DNA of 64,000 nucleotides, from positions 10,531-74,530 of the forward strand of contig JACPPY010000053.1 in the NCBI GenBank assembly GCA_016190755.1, given 5' to 3'. Position 1 is the first letter of the stretch; each line of letters opens with the position of its first letter. The translations under genes and the position numbers were made by a program. The notes under the pieces were generated by a model that searched no databases, was not told the origin of the DNA, and saw only the letters and a list, made by a program, of their open reading frames with translations. This DNA is from Chloroflexota bacterium (lineage in GTDB: Bacteria; Chloroflexota; Dehalococcoidia; JACPPY01). Positions 29,386-38,182 of this stretch are shown one piece after another.

Positions 29386-29418
29386 CAGTGCGCAACCCTC
29401 GCACTGCAGTTACGAGGG
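29386..29418 (-). promoter_or_regulatory. two mutually exclusive hairpins in the NiCoT 5' leader (candidate attenuator / riboswitch expression platform)
   Basis: On the minus-strand RNA, CCCUCG-11 nt-CGAGGG (29418-29396) overlaps CAGUGCG-7 nt-CGCACUG (29406-29386). The second hairpin is followed by UGUGUUGGUUUUG, then the RBS and AUG. Confidence 0.3.
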
Positions 29419-29498
29419 ACAACGCTATGGGTACTCAGGCAATACCAACGCAACGGAACCGGTCGAGGTCAGATGTGGCCCGTAGTGTTACAAAACCC

Positions 29499-29527
29499 AT
29501 CATACTATCGAGTATTACCGGTTGCAA
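29499..29527 (-). promoter_or_regulatory. putative sigma70-type promoter of the NiCoT gene
   Basis: Minus strand: TTGCAA (29527-29522), 17-nt spacer, TATGAT (29504-29499). This implies a leader of about 150 nt. Confidence 0.45.
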
Positions 29528-29655
29528 CCCATCGGAACCACACCAAATCCTAAACCAAATCCTATTGCAACTTGTGTTCCAACCTTGTTACAATTTGCTA
29601 TCCAGTATCCTCCTGCGTCGCACGGCCAGCAAGTATCCTATCAAGACGTAAAGAC

Positions 29656-30711
29656 ATGTACCACACTAGTGAGCACGACAAGACGGGGGAAATAGTCCAC
29701 TCCCTTGCCGCCGGAGCATTCAATGGCAAGACCCTGGAGAAGTACTTCGGGTTCTTCTGTGAACTGCTTTCGGAGGTCGTGCCATTCGATTGTGCCCAAC
29801 TCTTCACACGCAACGGGAGTTGGGGCGAGTCGTCATACCTCCGATTCGAGTTCAATTGCTCCTCGACGCCTGGCGCTAAAGGGTTGAAGAACATTAGCGA
29901 GTGTTTCGCCACGGCCAACACCGTCACACTGCTGGTAGCCTCGACTGGCCAACCGGCGATGCACGAATCTTTGAGGGAGCAGTCTTATAGGGACCTGCAG
30001 CAGTACCACGGGCGTGGGCTTAACTCGTCCCTGGCAGTGCCGCTCATTGCCGGAGAGGAGATAGGCGGCGTGCTTCTCTTGATGGGGTGCCAGGAGGGCC
30101 AGTTCCAGGGCGTGGACCTGGATATGGTGCAGGAGGCGACGAGGCCGTTGGCCTATTCCCTCCGCCATACCTTGCTGCAGGAGACACTGGAACAGGTGCG
30201 CCAGAGGTTGAACGAAGCAGAAAAAACAGACTGGCTCACGAGACTGAACAACCGCAGGCATTTCCTTCAAATGGCTGAGGCCGAGCTTGCGCGCTCCAAA
30301 CGGTACGGCCAGAAGTTCTCGTTCCTGTTCATGGATGTGGACAGGTTCCGAGACGTAAACGCTAGGTTCGGCCACCGCGGAGGCGATGAGGCACTCAAGC
30401 ATCTTGCATTGGTATTGCGGCGCGCGACACGGTCGTTCGACATAGTTGGCCGGTACGGGGGGGAAGAGTTCGCCATTATCCTGCCGCAGACCGACCGTTC
30501 AGCGGCGCTATCTGTCGCTGGTCGGCTCTGCGCTGAACTGCATGCCCAACCTGTCAGGCTTGGCCTATGCCAGGAGGCCAAGCTCAGCGCCAGCATAGGG
30601 GTATCCGTTTTCCCCGAAGACGCACTGACCATAGAGGCTCTGATGCAACTGGCCGACGGGGCGATGTACAAGGCCAAGCAGAGCGGGGGCAACGGAGCCG
30701 CCACAGCATGA
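29656..30711 (+). CDS. GAF-domain diguanylate cyclase (GGDEF)
   Basis: GAF-like N-terminal half. RYGGEEFAIILPQ active site, with an RSFD I-site five residues upstream. ATG 29656 chosen; the ORF opens at 29572. Confidence 0.85.
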   Translation: MYHTSEHDKTGEIVHSLAAGAFNGKTLEKYFGFFCELLSEVVPFDCAQLFTRNGSWGESSYLRFEFNCSSTPGAKGLKNISECFATANTVTLLVASTGQPAMHESLREQSYRDLQQYHGRGLNSSLAVPLIAGEEIGGVLLLMGCQEGQFQGVDLDMVQEATRPLAYSLRHTLLQETLEQVRQRLNEAEKTDWLTRLNNRRHFLQMAEAELARSKRYGQKFSFLFMDVDRFRDVNARFGHRGGDEALKHLALVLRRATRSFDIVGRYGGEEFAIILPQTDRSAALSVAGRLCAELHAQPVRLGLCQEAKLSASIGVSVFPEDALTIEALMQLADGAMYKAKQSGGNGAATA

Positions 30712-31364
30712 ACGATAGCCCCACGACCGATGGCCAGGGCCCTTACTACTCGATAACCAGATTGGTGCTGAGCAGGCACCAGACAAACTGCTATATCATC
30801 AGTTGCAGGCGTAGCCGTGAGGCGCTGGTGGTGGATGCACCTGGAACTGCAGAGGAGATACTACCGCACATCGAGAGTCTCCACGTACGCTATTTTTTCC
30901 TGACGCACACGCACGCCGACCATACGGGAGCGCTAAAGGAACTGCGGAGACGTGTGCAGGCCCCGCTGGCCGTACACCGCGAGGAGTCCGACCGGGTTGA
31001 GCCTCCACCCCAGATGCGGCTGGGCGACGGAGACACTCTTTCCATCGGCAGCCTGCGTTTCAGCGTCATACACACGCCGGGACATACGCCGGGATCAGCA
31101 TGCCTTTATCACCCCAATCAGCTTATCGCGGGCGACACCATCTTTCCTGGAGGACCAGGACACACGGCACGCCCGGCTGATTTCAAGCAAATAGTGGATT
31201 CAATAACTTCGAAACTGTTCCCGCTTCCCGACGACACCACCGTCCTGCCCGGCCACGGTGAGGCTACAGTCCTCAGCAAAGAGAAGAAGGAGTACGCCGC
31301 CTTCGCCCGGCGACCGCATCCAGCGGACCTGTGCGGAGACGTGGTCTGGCTATCTTCACAATAG
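30708..31364 (+). CDS. MBL-fold metallo-hydrolase (glyoxalase II-like)
   Basis: THTHADHTGA (HxHxDH), HTPGHTPGS, LPGHG. ATG 30708 overlaps the cyclase stop (ATGA). Confidence 0.8.
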   Translation: MNDSPTTDGQGPYYSITRLVLSRHQTNCYIISCRRSREALVVDAPGTAEEILPHIESLHVRYFFLTHTHADHTGALKELRRRVQAPLAVHREESDRVEPPPQMRLGDGDTLSIGSLRFSVIHTPGHTPGSACLYHPNQLIAGDTIFPGGPGHTARPADFKQIVDSITSKLFPLPDDTTVLPGHGEATVLSKEKKEYAAFARRPHPADLCGDVVWLSSQ

Positions 31365-31630
31365 ATGCACAGGCCAGAGCACATTGACTCTAGAATAAGG
31401 GGGTCACAGTTGCTGCGGCCAAGAAGATGACCTTCATTGTTTAGAGAACAGGGGTGCAGGCAACCCAACCCTTTGCCGTAGGTCTTCGTCTCTGCACATA
31501 GAAGGCGGACCCCTAAGGCAAGAGTCTTACCTAGATTCCCGTTTTCGCGGGAAAGCCATGACGAGGGTCAACTGCCGCTTCACCCACTGCGCTTTGGTTC
31601 GAGCGTCACGGACAGAACTGAGGCAGATGT

Positions 31631-31675
31631 GAAAAAGAAAGCCTCCCACTCTTCCGGGTGGGAGGCTTTTTCATT
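31631..31675. terminator. bidirectional intrinsic terminator (end of rplM-rpsI unit, and of the plus-strand cyclase/MBL unit)
   Basis: AAAGCCTCCCAC (31638-31649) pairs with GTGGGAGGCTTT (31659-31670), a 12-bp perfect stem. T-run on the plus side, A-run (GAAAAAGAAA) on the other side. Confidence 0.7.
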
Positions 31676-31715
31676 CCCGATGAAACTGCGATGCAGCCAG
31701 TTGCTGAAGGCGTGA

Positions 31716-32117
31716 CTACCTCTTGGTGTACTGAGGCGCCGTGCGAGCGCGCTTCAAGCCGTACTTCTTTCGTTCCTTGATTCTCGCATCTCGAGTCAGC
31801 GCACCGATGCTTCGCATAGGCGTCCTGAGAGTCTCGTCCATCTTAACCAGAGCCCGGGCAACCCCGTGCCGGATGGCCCCGGCCTGGCCGCTGTTCCCAC
31901 CCCCGATGACTTTGATCATCACATCTATCTTGCCGCTCTGGTTCGCCGTCGCTATAGGTTCCAATATGATGTGGCGATGGTCAATCCGAGGGAAGTACTG
32001 ATCCAGCGGCTTCCCGTTTATTATCACGTTGCCCGTGCCCGGAGACACCCGAATCTGGGCGATAGCGTTCTTTCTTCTTCCTGTTCCCGGATAATACTTT
32101 TCAGTTTCAGTGGTCAA
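31716..32117 (-). CDS. rpsI: 30S ribosomal protein uS9
   Basis: 133 aa. GGGNSGQAGAIRHGVARAL .. C-terminal KKYGLKRARTAPQYTKR. Confidence 0.95.
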   Translation of the reverse strand: MTTETEKYYPGTGRRKNAIAQIRVSPGTGNVIINGKPLDQYFPRIDHRHIILEPIATANQSGKIDVMIKVIGGGNSGQAGAIRHGVARALVKMDETLRTPMRSIGALTRDARIKERKKYGLKRARTAPQYTKR

Positions 32118-32137
32118 CCGTTCTTCCTCCGGAATCC

Positions 32138-32578
32138 TTACTTGGCCGCCTCTGATGCATGAGCAGCCGCTACCTGTGCGCTATGAGGGTGAGTGGGTCC
32201 TGCATAAACCTTCAGTTTCCTGAACATGGAGCGGCCCAGCCTGTTATGCGGCAACATGCCTTTGACAGCGTGCTCGATAACCCACTCGGGCCGCCTTTGT
32301 AACATATCGCCTAGCTTGGCACTCTTCTGTCCGCCGGGGTAACCGGAGTTAGAGAAGTAGGTCTTTGTGTCGCCCTTTTTCCCGGTCACTCTTACCTTCG
32401 ACGCATTGATGATGACGACGAAATCTCCAGTATCCATGCTCGGGGTGAACATCGCCTTATGCTTACCATAGAGCAACCGTGCAACCTCTGTGCATAGCCT
32501 TCCCAGCGTCTTGCCGGATGCGTCCATGACATGCCACTGACGCTTAACATCCGATATCTTTGTGTTTGTGGTCTTCAT
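32138..32578 (-). CDS. rplM: 50S ribosomal protein uL13
   Basis: 146 aa. [17 protein letters not shown] .. MLPHNRLGR. Conserved rplM-rpsI pair. Confidence 0.95.
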   Translation of the reverse strand: MKTTNTKISDVKRQWHVMDASGKTLGRLCTEVARLLYGKHKAMFTPSMDTGDFVVIINASKVRVTGKKGDTKTYFSNSGYPGGQKSAKLGDMLQRRPEWVIEHAVKGMLPHNRLGRSMFRKLKVYAGPTHPHSAQVAAAHASEAAK

Positions 32579-32585
32579 GTATCTA

Positions 32586-33353
32586 TTACCTCACTCCTAG
32601 AGGCTCAGCATAGTTAACCTTGACCAGCACTAGTCCTCGTGCGGGGGCCATCGGGCAGGCAAGCCCCGGCCTCTTGGTTTCAAGAAGATAGCGAATGTGG
32701 TCAACACCCAGCTTCTTTAGCCCGATCTTTATCAGTACGCCAACCGTATTGCGTACCTGGTGCGGCAGGAAAGAACTGGCCACTATACGAAAAACCACCA
32801 GACATCCCCTCTTCTCCACCGACGCCTCATACACAGTCCGGGTAGTGCTTTTCTCCATAGGACAGGTGATGAACGACGTGAAATCATGCGTGCCGCGCAG
32901 GTCCGACGAGGCAGCGTCCATCGCTTCCACATCCAGCGAGGGTTTCACCAGGTGAGAATATGCGCCATACAGGGGAGACCTCGTCCTCTGGTTCACGATA
33001 TTGTATTGGTACTCACGACTCACGGCCTTACGTCTCACGTTGAACTTATCTTCGATCCTGTGCGCTTCTTTTACCACGATGTCTTCCGGCATATAGTAGT
33101 TCAGACCATTTACAATCACATCCGCTCCATATGACGACTTGGTCTTGAAACTAACTACCTGCCCGGCGGCATGTACACCCGCATCGGTGCGGCTTGCCCC
33201 CAGAACCCTCCTCTGCTCGCCCGTTAGTCTGAATATCGCTTTCTCAAGCTCCCCTTGAATCGTAGCGACCCCGGCCTGATACTGAAACCCACAGTATTTT
33301 GTGCCATCATACTCTAGTACCAGGGCGAACTTCGATTCTCCCGTTTCCGCCAC
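32586..33353 (-). CDS. truA: tRNA pseudouridine(38-40) synthase TruA
   Basis: 255 aa. [12 protein letters not shown] .. [18 protein letters not shown] (catalytic Asp motif). Confidence 0.9.
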   Translation of the reverse strand: MAETGESKFALVLEYDGTKYCGFQYQAGVATIQGELEKAIFRLTGEQRRVLGASRTDAGVHAAGQVVSFKTKSSYGADVIVNGLNYYMPEDIVVKEAHRIEDKFNVRRKAVSREYQYNIVNQRTRSPLYGAYSHLVKPSLDVEAMDAASSDLRGTHDFTSFITCPMEKSTTRTVYEASVEKRGCLVVFRIVASSFLPHQVRNTVGVLIKIGLKKLGVDHIRYLLETKRPGLACPMAPARGLVLVKVNYAEPLGVR

Positions 33354-33380
33354 GTTCCGATTTCTTTGTTCCCATTCCCT

Positions 33381-33746
33381 CTAGTCGAGAGCCAGTTCCA
33401 GGATTGCCACCGGCGCCCCATCTCCCGCCCTTAGCCCTACCTTTATGACGCGAGTGTATCCCCCACGCTTGTTCTCAACAGCAGCAACCCTTGGCGCCAC
33501 CTCGGTAAACACCTTGTCCACGACACTCTCGTCATATAAAAACGCTAGCGCCTGTCTCCTTGCGTGCAGTGTGCCTTCCCGTCCCAGCGTCACAATATGG
33601 TCGGCAAACGTCCGGGCCCGCTTCGCCTTGGTCTCGGTGGTGATGACCTTACCGTAGCGGAACAGGTCTGTGACCAGGCTCCTGAACATAGCTCTGCGCT
33701 GTCCCGGGGTTTCGCCCCCTTTATGATTCCGAATGTTGTGTCTCAT
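33381..33746 (-). CDS. rplQ: 50S ribosomal protein bL17
   Basis: 121 aa. MRHNIRNHK..QRRAMFRSLVTDLFRYGKVITTETKAK. Confidence 0.95.
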   Translation of the reverse strand: MRHNIRNHKGGETPGQRRAMFRSLVTDLFRYGKVITTETKAKRARTFADHIVTLGREGTLHARRQALAFLYDESVVDKVFTEVAPRVAAVENKRGGYTRVIKVGLRAGDGAPVAILELALD

Positions 33747-34761
33747 ATCGTTCTGTACTCCCCTGCGCCTCGGCAGTCCGAGTAGTCGGTTCCTCTGTGT
33801 CTACTTCCGGTGCTCCTGACTCAGGAGCCTCGTGTCTGGGTATGTTGATGCCTAACTCCTCCAGCGCCCTCAACACTTCCTCACGTGACTTCTCACCGAA
33901 GTTGGGCAGCATGGGAAGTCCATCCTGGCTTCTCTCCAACAGGTCGCCTACGGTAGACATTCCGCCTCGCCGCAAGCAGTTCAGAGTCCTCGTCGAAAGC
34001 CCGAGTTGCTCCAGTGACATATCATACTTCTCGGGGAGAATGGACATGCGAAGGGAGGTCTTTTGCCCTTCTCGCGCGGACACCGTCGCCAACTCCCGGA
34101 ACATAGCCAGTTGCCTCGTCATGATATCAGCGGCCTGACTAATAGCTTCGACGCCGCTAATCGTGCCGTCGGTCCAGACCTCAAGCGTCAGGCGTTCCAA
34201 ATTGCTTTCCTGGCCCACGATTATTGGTTCGACGCTGTAGTTCGCCCGCCGGATCGGGGTAAAGATAGCGTCCACGGGTATGGTACCTATAGGCAGGCCG
34301 CGGCCTGAATCGGCGGGCACATACCCCTTGCCAATCTCAATGTTGAATTCGACCGACAGCATGGCATCGGCCGAGTCGAGAGTCGCCAGGTGGAGTTCCG
34401 GATTAACAACTTCGAAATCAGCCGACGGCTTGATGTCACCGGCAGTTGCTTCCTTGTCGCCCTGGGCCTCGAGTACCAGTGTTCCGGGCCGCTGGGAAAG
34501 CGAGCGAAGTCGTATGGACTTTACGTTGAGCAAGAACTCCGTAGCATCTTCTTTGACATGCGGGATGGTAGTGAACTCGTGCTGGAGGCCGTCTATCCTC
34601 ATCCAGGTCACAGCGGCCCCGGGCAGAGAGCTCAATAGCACCCTCCGCAACGAGTTCCCCAGCGTCGTACCAGAGCCTCGCTCCAGGGCCTCAACAACCA
34701 CACGAGCGTAACGCTGGTCGCTTTCTTTTATTTCTAATCTGGGCTCAGCCATGTATTGCAC
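33721..34761 (-). CDS. rpoA: DNA-directed RNA polymerase subunit alpha
   Basis: 346 aa. NTD GNSLRRVLLSSLPGAAV, CTD LSTRTLNCLRRGGMSTVGDL. The acidic C-terminal tail overlaps the rplQ start by 26 nt. Confidence 0.95.
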   Translation of the reverse strand: MQYMAEPRLEIKESDQRYARVVVEALERGSGTTLGNSLRRVLLSSLPGAAVTWMRIDGLQHEFTTIPHVKEDATEFLLNVKSIRLRSLSQRPGTLVLEAQGDKEATAGDIKPSADFEVVNPELHLATLDSADAMLSVEFNIEIGKGYVPADSGRGLPIGTIPVDAIFTPIRRANYSVEPIIVGQESNLERLTLEVWTDGTISGVEAISQAADIMTRQLAMFRELATVSAREGQKTSLRMSILPEKYDMSLEQLGLSTRTLNCLRRGGMSTVGDLLERSQDGLPMLPNFGEKSREEVLRALEELGINIPRHEAPESGAPEVDTEEPTTRTAEAQGSTERYETQHSES

Positions 34762-34802
34762 TCCGTCTTCCCGCAGCCAGAAACCTGCTGCGGTCGGGCA
34801 GC

Positions 34803-35432
34803 CTACCTGGAGTAGTACTCCACGATGGCCTTACCGTCAAATTTCACGTCGATTTCATCAACAGAGGGTAGCGATGACACCTGCCCGGCCATGGCATTCT
34901 CGTCCAGGCCAAGCCATGCAGGAATCAACCTCCCCTTGATGTGCTCGACAAGGGCCTTGTAATACTCACTGTTCTTCGAGCTCTCGTGCCAGGTTATAGC
35001 CTCCCCCGGCTTGACCAGATAGGATGGTACGTCCACACGGTGGCCATTGACCATGATATGCCCATGCCTTACCAACTGCCTAGCTTGAGGCCTGGTGTCG
35101 GCAAAACCCAGCCTGTATATCACGTTGTCCAGGCGACGCTCCAGCAACAGCATAAGGTTGTCCGACGTTATGCCCTCCTGGCGGGACGCCTCAGCAAAGA
35201 ACTTGCGGAACTGTCGCTCCAGGACGCCGTACGTATATCTCGCCTTCTGCTTTTCCTTGAGTTGCATGCCTCTGTCCGATACCTTACGGCGACGGGGCCC
35301 GCCCCTCGTAGGAGCCTTGGCAGCACGCTTCTCAATGACGCACTTCGCTCCCATGCACCTATCGCCTTTGAGCATCAGCTTGTCGCCGATCCGGCGGCAC
35401 AATCTACAAACAGCTTCTGTATGTCGAGCCAC
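34803..35432 (-). CDS. rpsD: 30S ribosomal protein uS4
   Basis: 209 aa. MARHTEAVCRLCRR..YGVLERQFR..LERRLDNV. Confidence 0.95.
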   Translation of the reverse strand: MARHTEAVCRLCRRIGDKLMLKGDRCMGAKCVIEKRAAKAPTRGGPRRRKVSDRGMQLKEKQKARYTYGVLERQFRKFFAEASRQEGITSDNLMLLLERRLDNVIYRLGFADTRPQARQLVRHGHIMVNGHRVDVPSYLVKPGEAITWHESSKNSEYYKALVEHIKGRLIPAWLGLDENAMAGQVSSLPSVDEIDVKFDGKAIVEYYSR

Positions 35433-35458
35433 TGCTTATCCTTCCACAGTCATGAGCT

Positions 35459-35848
35459 TTATACTCTGCGCCTCTTGCGAGCGCGACACCCGTTATGCGG
35501 TATTGGCGTGACGTCATGTATACCGATTATGAAGAGGCCGGCGGCTTGAAGGGCACGAATCGCCGCTTCTCGACCGGTGCCCGGCCCCTTGATGTATACC
35601 TCGACCTGACGCAGGCCATGTTCTGCTCCCCTCCTGGCCGCCTCCTGGGCGGCAAGTTGGGCAGCAAAAGCAGTCCCCTTCCGCGAGCCTTTGAACCCCG
35701 CGGTGCCTGAACTGCCCCAGGCAATAACGTTACCCTGTTTATCGGTTAACGTTATTGCCGTATTGTTGAAAGTGGACTGAATGAAGGCCTTACCTATTGG
35801 CACTGCCTTACGTTCACGTCGTTTGCCTGTCTTTTTCTTTTGCGGCAT
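35459..35848 (-). CDS. rpsK: 30S ribosomal protein uS11
   Basis: 129 aa. [43 protein letters not shown]. Confidence 0.95.
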   Translation of the reverse strand: MPQKKKTGKRRERKAVPIGKAFIQSTFNNTAITLTDKQGNVIAWGSSGTAGFKGSRKGTAFAAQLAAQEAARRGAEHGLRQVEVYIKGPGTGREAAIRALQAAGLFIIGIHDVTPIPHNGCRARKRRRV

Positions 35849-35871
35849 ATGCTAGCTCCTGGTCGGGCTTA

Positions 35872-36261
35872 CTACTTCTTGCCGGTGCCACGCTTCTGGC
35901 CACGGCCGGCCACTGTTCTTCTCGCGCCACGCTTCGTCCGCGCGTTCGTCTTGGTCCGCTGCCCTCTCACCGGCAGGTTGCGGCGGTGACGCATACCACG
36001 ATAAGAACCGATCTCCGTAAGCCGTTTTACATTCAGGCTTACCTCTTTGCGCAGCTCGCCTTCAACCTTGAGGCTTTTCTCGATTATCTCGCGGATGCGG
36101 CTGACCTCGTCTTCCTTCAGGTCTTTGACCTTAATAGTCGGGTCTACCCTTGCCTGTTCAATAACCCGGCGGCCAAGGTGCGGGCCAATGCCGTAAATGT
36201 ACCTCAGCGCCACATCAACGTGTTTTTCCCTCGGTAAATCTACGCCAGCGATACGAGCCAT
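35872..36261 (-). CDS. rpsM: 30S ribosomal protein uS13
   Basis: 129 aa. [32 protein letters not shown]. Confidence 0.95.
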   Translation of the reverse strand: MARIAGVDLPREKHVDVALRYIYGIGPHLGRRVIEQARVDPTIKVKDLKEDEVSRIREIIEKSLKVEGELRKEVSLNVKRLTEIGSYRGMRHRRNLPVRGQRTKTNARTKRGARRTVAGRGQKRGTGKK

Positions 36262-36281
36262 ATCTCGATAACCTTCCTAAC

Positions 36282-36395
36282 CTAACCCTGCCGCTGCTTG
36301 TGCTTCGGGTTGTCGCATATAACCCGAACCACCCCGTGGCGGCGGATAACTTTACACTTGTTGCACCTGACCTTGACCGAAGCTCTGACTTTCAT
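36282..36395 (-). CDS. rpmJ: 50S ribosomal protein bL36 (below the ORF-track size cutoff)
   Basis: Hand translation of the minus strand gives [37 protein letters not shown], 37 aa with a C-x2-C-x12-C-x4-H zinc motif. Lies between infA and rpsM as expected. Confidence 0.95.
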   Translation of the reverse strand: MKVRASVKVRCNKCKVIRRHGVVRVICDNPKHKQRQG

Positions 36396-36426
36396 GATAT
36401 GCTACTCTCCAAACACGCAAAGTCCT

Positions 36427-36455
36427 ATCATACGCCTTTTCCTTTCCTTCGTCAA
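36427..36455 (-). promoter_or_regulatory. putative internal sigma70-type promoter ahead of rpmJ / the alpha operon
   Basis: Minus strand: TTGACG (36455-36450), 17-nt spacer, TATGAT (36432-36427), within the 104-nt infA-rpmJ spacer. It overlaps a 9-bp hairpin (36432-36463). Confidence 0.35.
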
Positions 36456-36499
36456 AAAGGCGCACGATATTCTGTATTAACTTGTACCTGACAAACCGC

Positions 36500-36715
36500 C
36501 TATAGCCTGTATGTAATCCGCCCACGGGACAGGTCGTAAATGGATAGTTCAACAAGTACCCTATCACCAGGGAGGATCTTGATGTAGTGCAGCCTCATCT
36601 TGCCAGATATGTGTGCCAATACTGAGTGACCGTTCGGTAGCTCAACACGAAACATCGCGTTGGGCAAGGCCTCTGTAACGGTTCCTTCAACCTCAATGGT
36701 CTCTTTCTTGGGCAT
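36500..36715 (-). CDS. infA: translation initiation factor IF-1
   Basis: 71 aa. [35 protein letters not shown]. Confidence 0.95.
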   Translation of the reverse strand: MPKKETIEVEGTVTEALPNAMFRVELPNGHSVLAHISGKMRLHYIKILPGDRVLVELSIYDLSRGRITYRL

Positions 36716-36742
36716 GCAATCTCCGCATTATTCCAGCGTTGA

Positions 36743-37492
36743 TTATAGCACAGTGAGTACTTCTGGCTCACCGAGTGTTACCGCTACCGTATGCTCGAAG
36801 TGTGCTGCCAAACTACCATCAGCCGTGAGCACAGTCCATCCGTTGTCACCCAACCTCGTCCGCCACGCACCGCTGGTTATCATGGGCTCAAGGGCCAATG
36901 CCATTCCCTCGTGCAACTCCAGACCCTCCCCGGGGACCCCGAAATTGGGCACCTGAGGGTCCTCGTGCATATCCCGGCCGATGCCGTGTCCGGTGTACTC
37001 GCGTACAACAGAGAACCCCCTTGACTCTACATACTCTTGAATTGTCGCCGAAATATCACCGAGCCGGCCGTGGTTGCGGGCCTTCCCGATGCCGGCCCAG
37101 AGTGCACCCTCACACGTTTCCATCAGCCTCCTGGCTGATGGTGAGATCTCGCCGATACCAACGGTTGTCGCCGCGTCCGCCTGGAACCCGTCCACAATGG
37201 TTCCGACGTCTAGTGACACCAGGTCGCCTTCCTGAAGGACCCGGCCCCCCGGTATGCCGTGGACTATCTCATCGTTCACGGAAACACATAGATGCGCAGG
37301 ATATCCCCTGTATCCTTTGAACGAAGACTTAGCCCCCTGGCGTGCAAGTTCTCTGACTGTGATCCTGTCAAGCTCCTTGGTTTTCATGCCCGGTGCGATC
37401 TCTGTAGCCAGCACCTTGAGCAATTCTGCCAGGACATGGCCCGCACGCCGCATCTTCTCGATTTCTTCCTTCGACTTGAGTATTATCGCCAT
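36743..37492 (-). CDS. map: type I methionine aminopeptidase
   Basis: 249 aa. VHGIPG..LVSLDVG..DAATT..HGIGR..LALEPM metal-ligand pattern. Confidence 0.95.
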   Translation of the reverse strand: MAIILKSKEEIEKMRRAGHVLAELLKVLATEIAPGMKTKELDRITVRELARQGAKSSFKGYRGYPAHLCVSVNDEIVHGIPGGRVLQEGDLVSLDVGTIVDGFQADAATTVGIGEISPSARRLMETCEGALWAGIGKARNHGRLGDISATIQEYVESRGFSVVREYTGHGIGRDMHEDPQVPNFGVPGEGLELHEGMALALEPMITSGAWRTRLGDNGWTVLTADGSLAAHFEHTVAVTLGEPEVLTVL

Positions 37493-37494
37493 GA

Positions 37495-38151
37495 CTATGT
37501 GCGCTTGCAGTTCTTGAGTGCGGCCGTTATGTCACGGCGCACCCGGTCTATGTCCTGTTCCCCGTCTATCTCGATGAGCTTGTCCGCTTCTCGATAGTAA
37601 GCGATTAGAGGGGCCGTCTCCCTGGAATAGACGTCGATCCGCTTCTTCACAGTCTGAGCCTTGTCGTCCTCGCGCTGGTAAAGTTCGCCGCCACACCTGT
37701 CACACCTGCCACTAATCTTTGGCGGTGAGTACACCTCATGGTAAACCGCCTGGCACCGCCGGCATATCCAACGTCCGCCTAGGCGCCGTTGTAGCTCCTC
37801 AGGCGAAACGTTGATGTATACGACACCATCCAACGAGATACCGTGTTGTGCCAGCGCCGCATCCAGTGCCCTGGCCTGCTCCAGCGTCCGGGGAAAACCG
37901 TCAAGTATGAACCCTTTGCTGGCATCCGGTGCTGATATGCGCTCCATCACCATGCGTACCGTGATCTCGTCCGGCACCAGGGCTCCACGGTCTATATATG
38001 ACTTAACCTGGCGGCCAAGTTCAGTCCCCTGGCGTACTGCCTCACGGAAAAGGTCACCGGAGGATATGTGTACCGCTCCCAGCTCCCTTGACATGGGCTC
38101 CGCCTGGGTCCCTTTGCCGGCCCCAGGGGCCCCCAGCAAGACTAGGCGCAA
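37495..38151 (-). CDS. adk: adenylate kinase
   Basis: 218 aa. P-loop GAPGAGKGTQ, zinc lid CRRC..CDRCGG. Confidence 0.95.
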   Translation of the reverse strand: MRLVLLGAPGAGKGTQAEPMSRELGAVHISSGDLFREAVRQGTELGRQVKSYIDRGALVPDEITVRMVMERISAPDASKGFILDGFPRTLEQARALDAALAQHGISLDGVVYINVSPEELQRRLGGRWICRRCQAVYHEVYSPPKISGRCDRCGGELYQREDDKAQTVKKRIDVYSRETAPLIAYYREADKLIEIDGEQDIDRVRRDITAALKNCKRT

Positions 38152-38182
38152 GGGTATTTCCTTTTATGCGTCGAACAGGCCA

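Noticed and set aside
29343-29492. A cobalamin (B12) or NiCo riboswitch in the NiCoT leader.
   Set aside because: I could not find the conserved cobalamin core or B12-box, or anything I recognise as the czcD/NiCo motif. It is kept only as an unclassified candidate leader in the findings. A covariance-model scan is needed.
31365-31630. A roughly 270-nt non-coding stretch after the MBL gene, checked for tRNA, SRP RNA, 6S RNA or a gene remnant.
   Set aside because: There is no cloverleaf or T-loop, no SRP domain IV motif, and only very short ORFs with stops in all frames. Apart from a small hairpin (TTCCCG-TTTTCG-CGGGAA) nothing is supportable.
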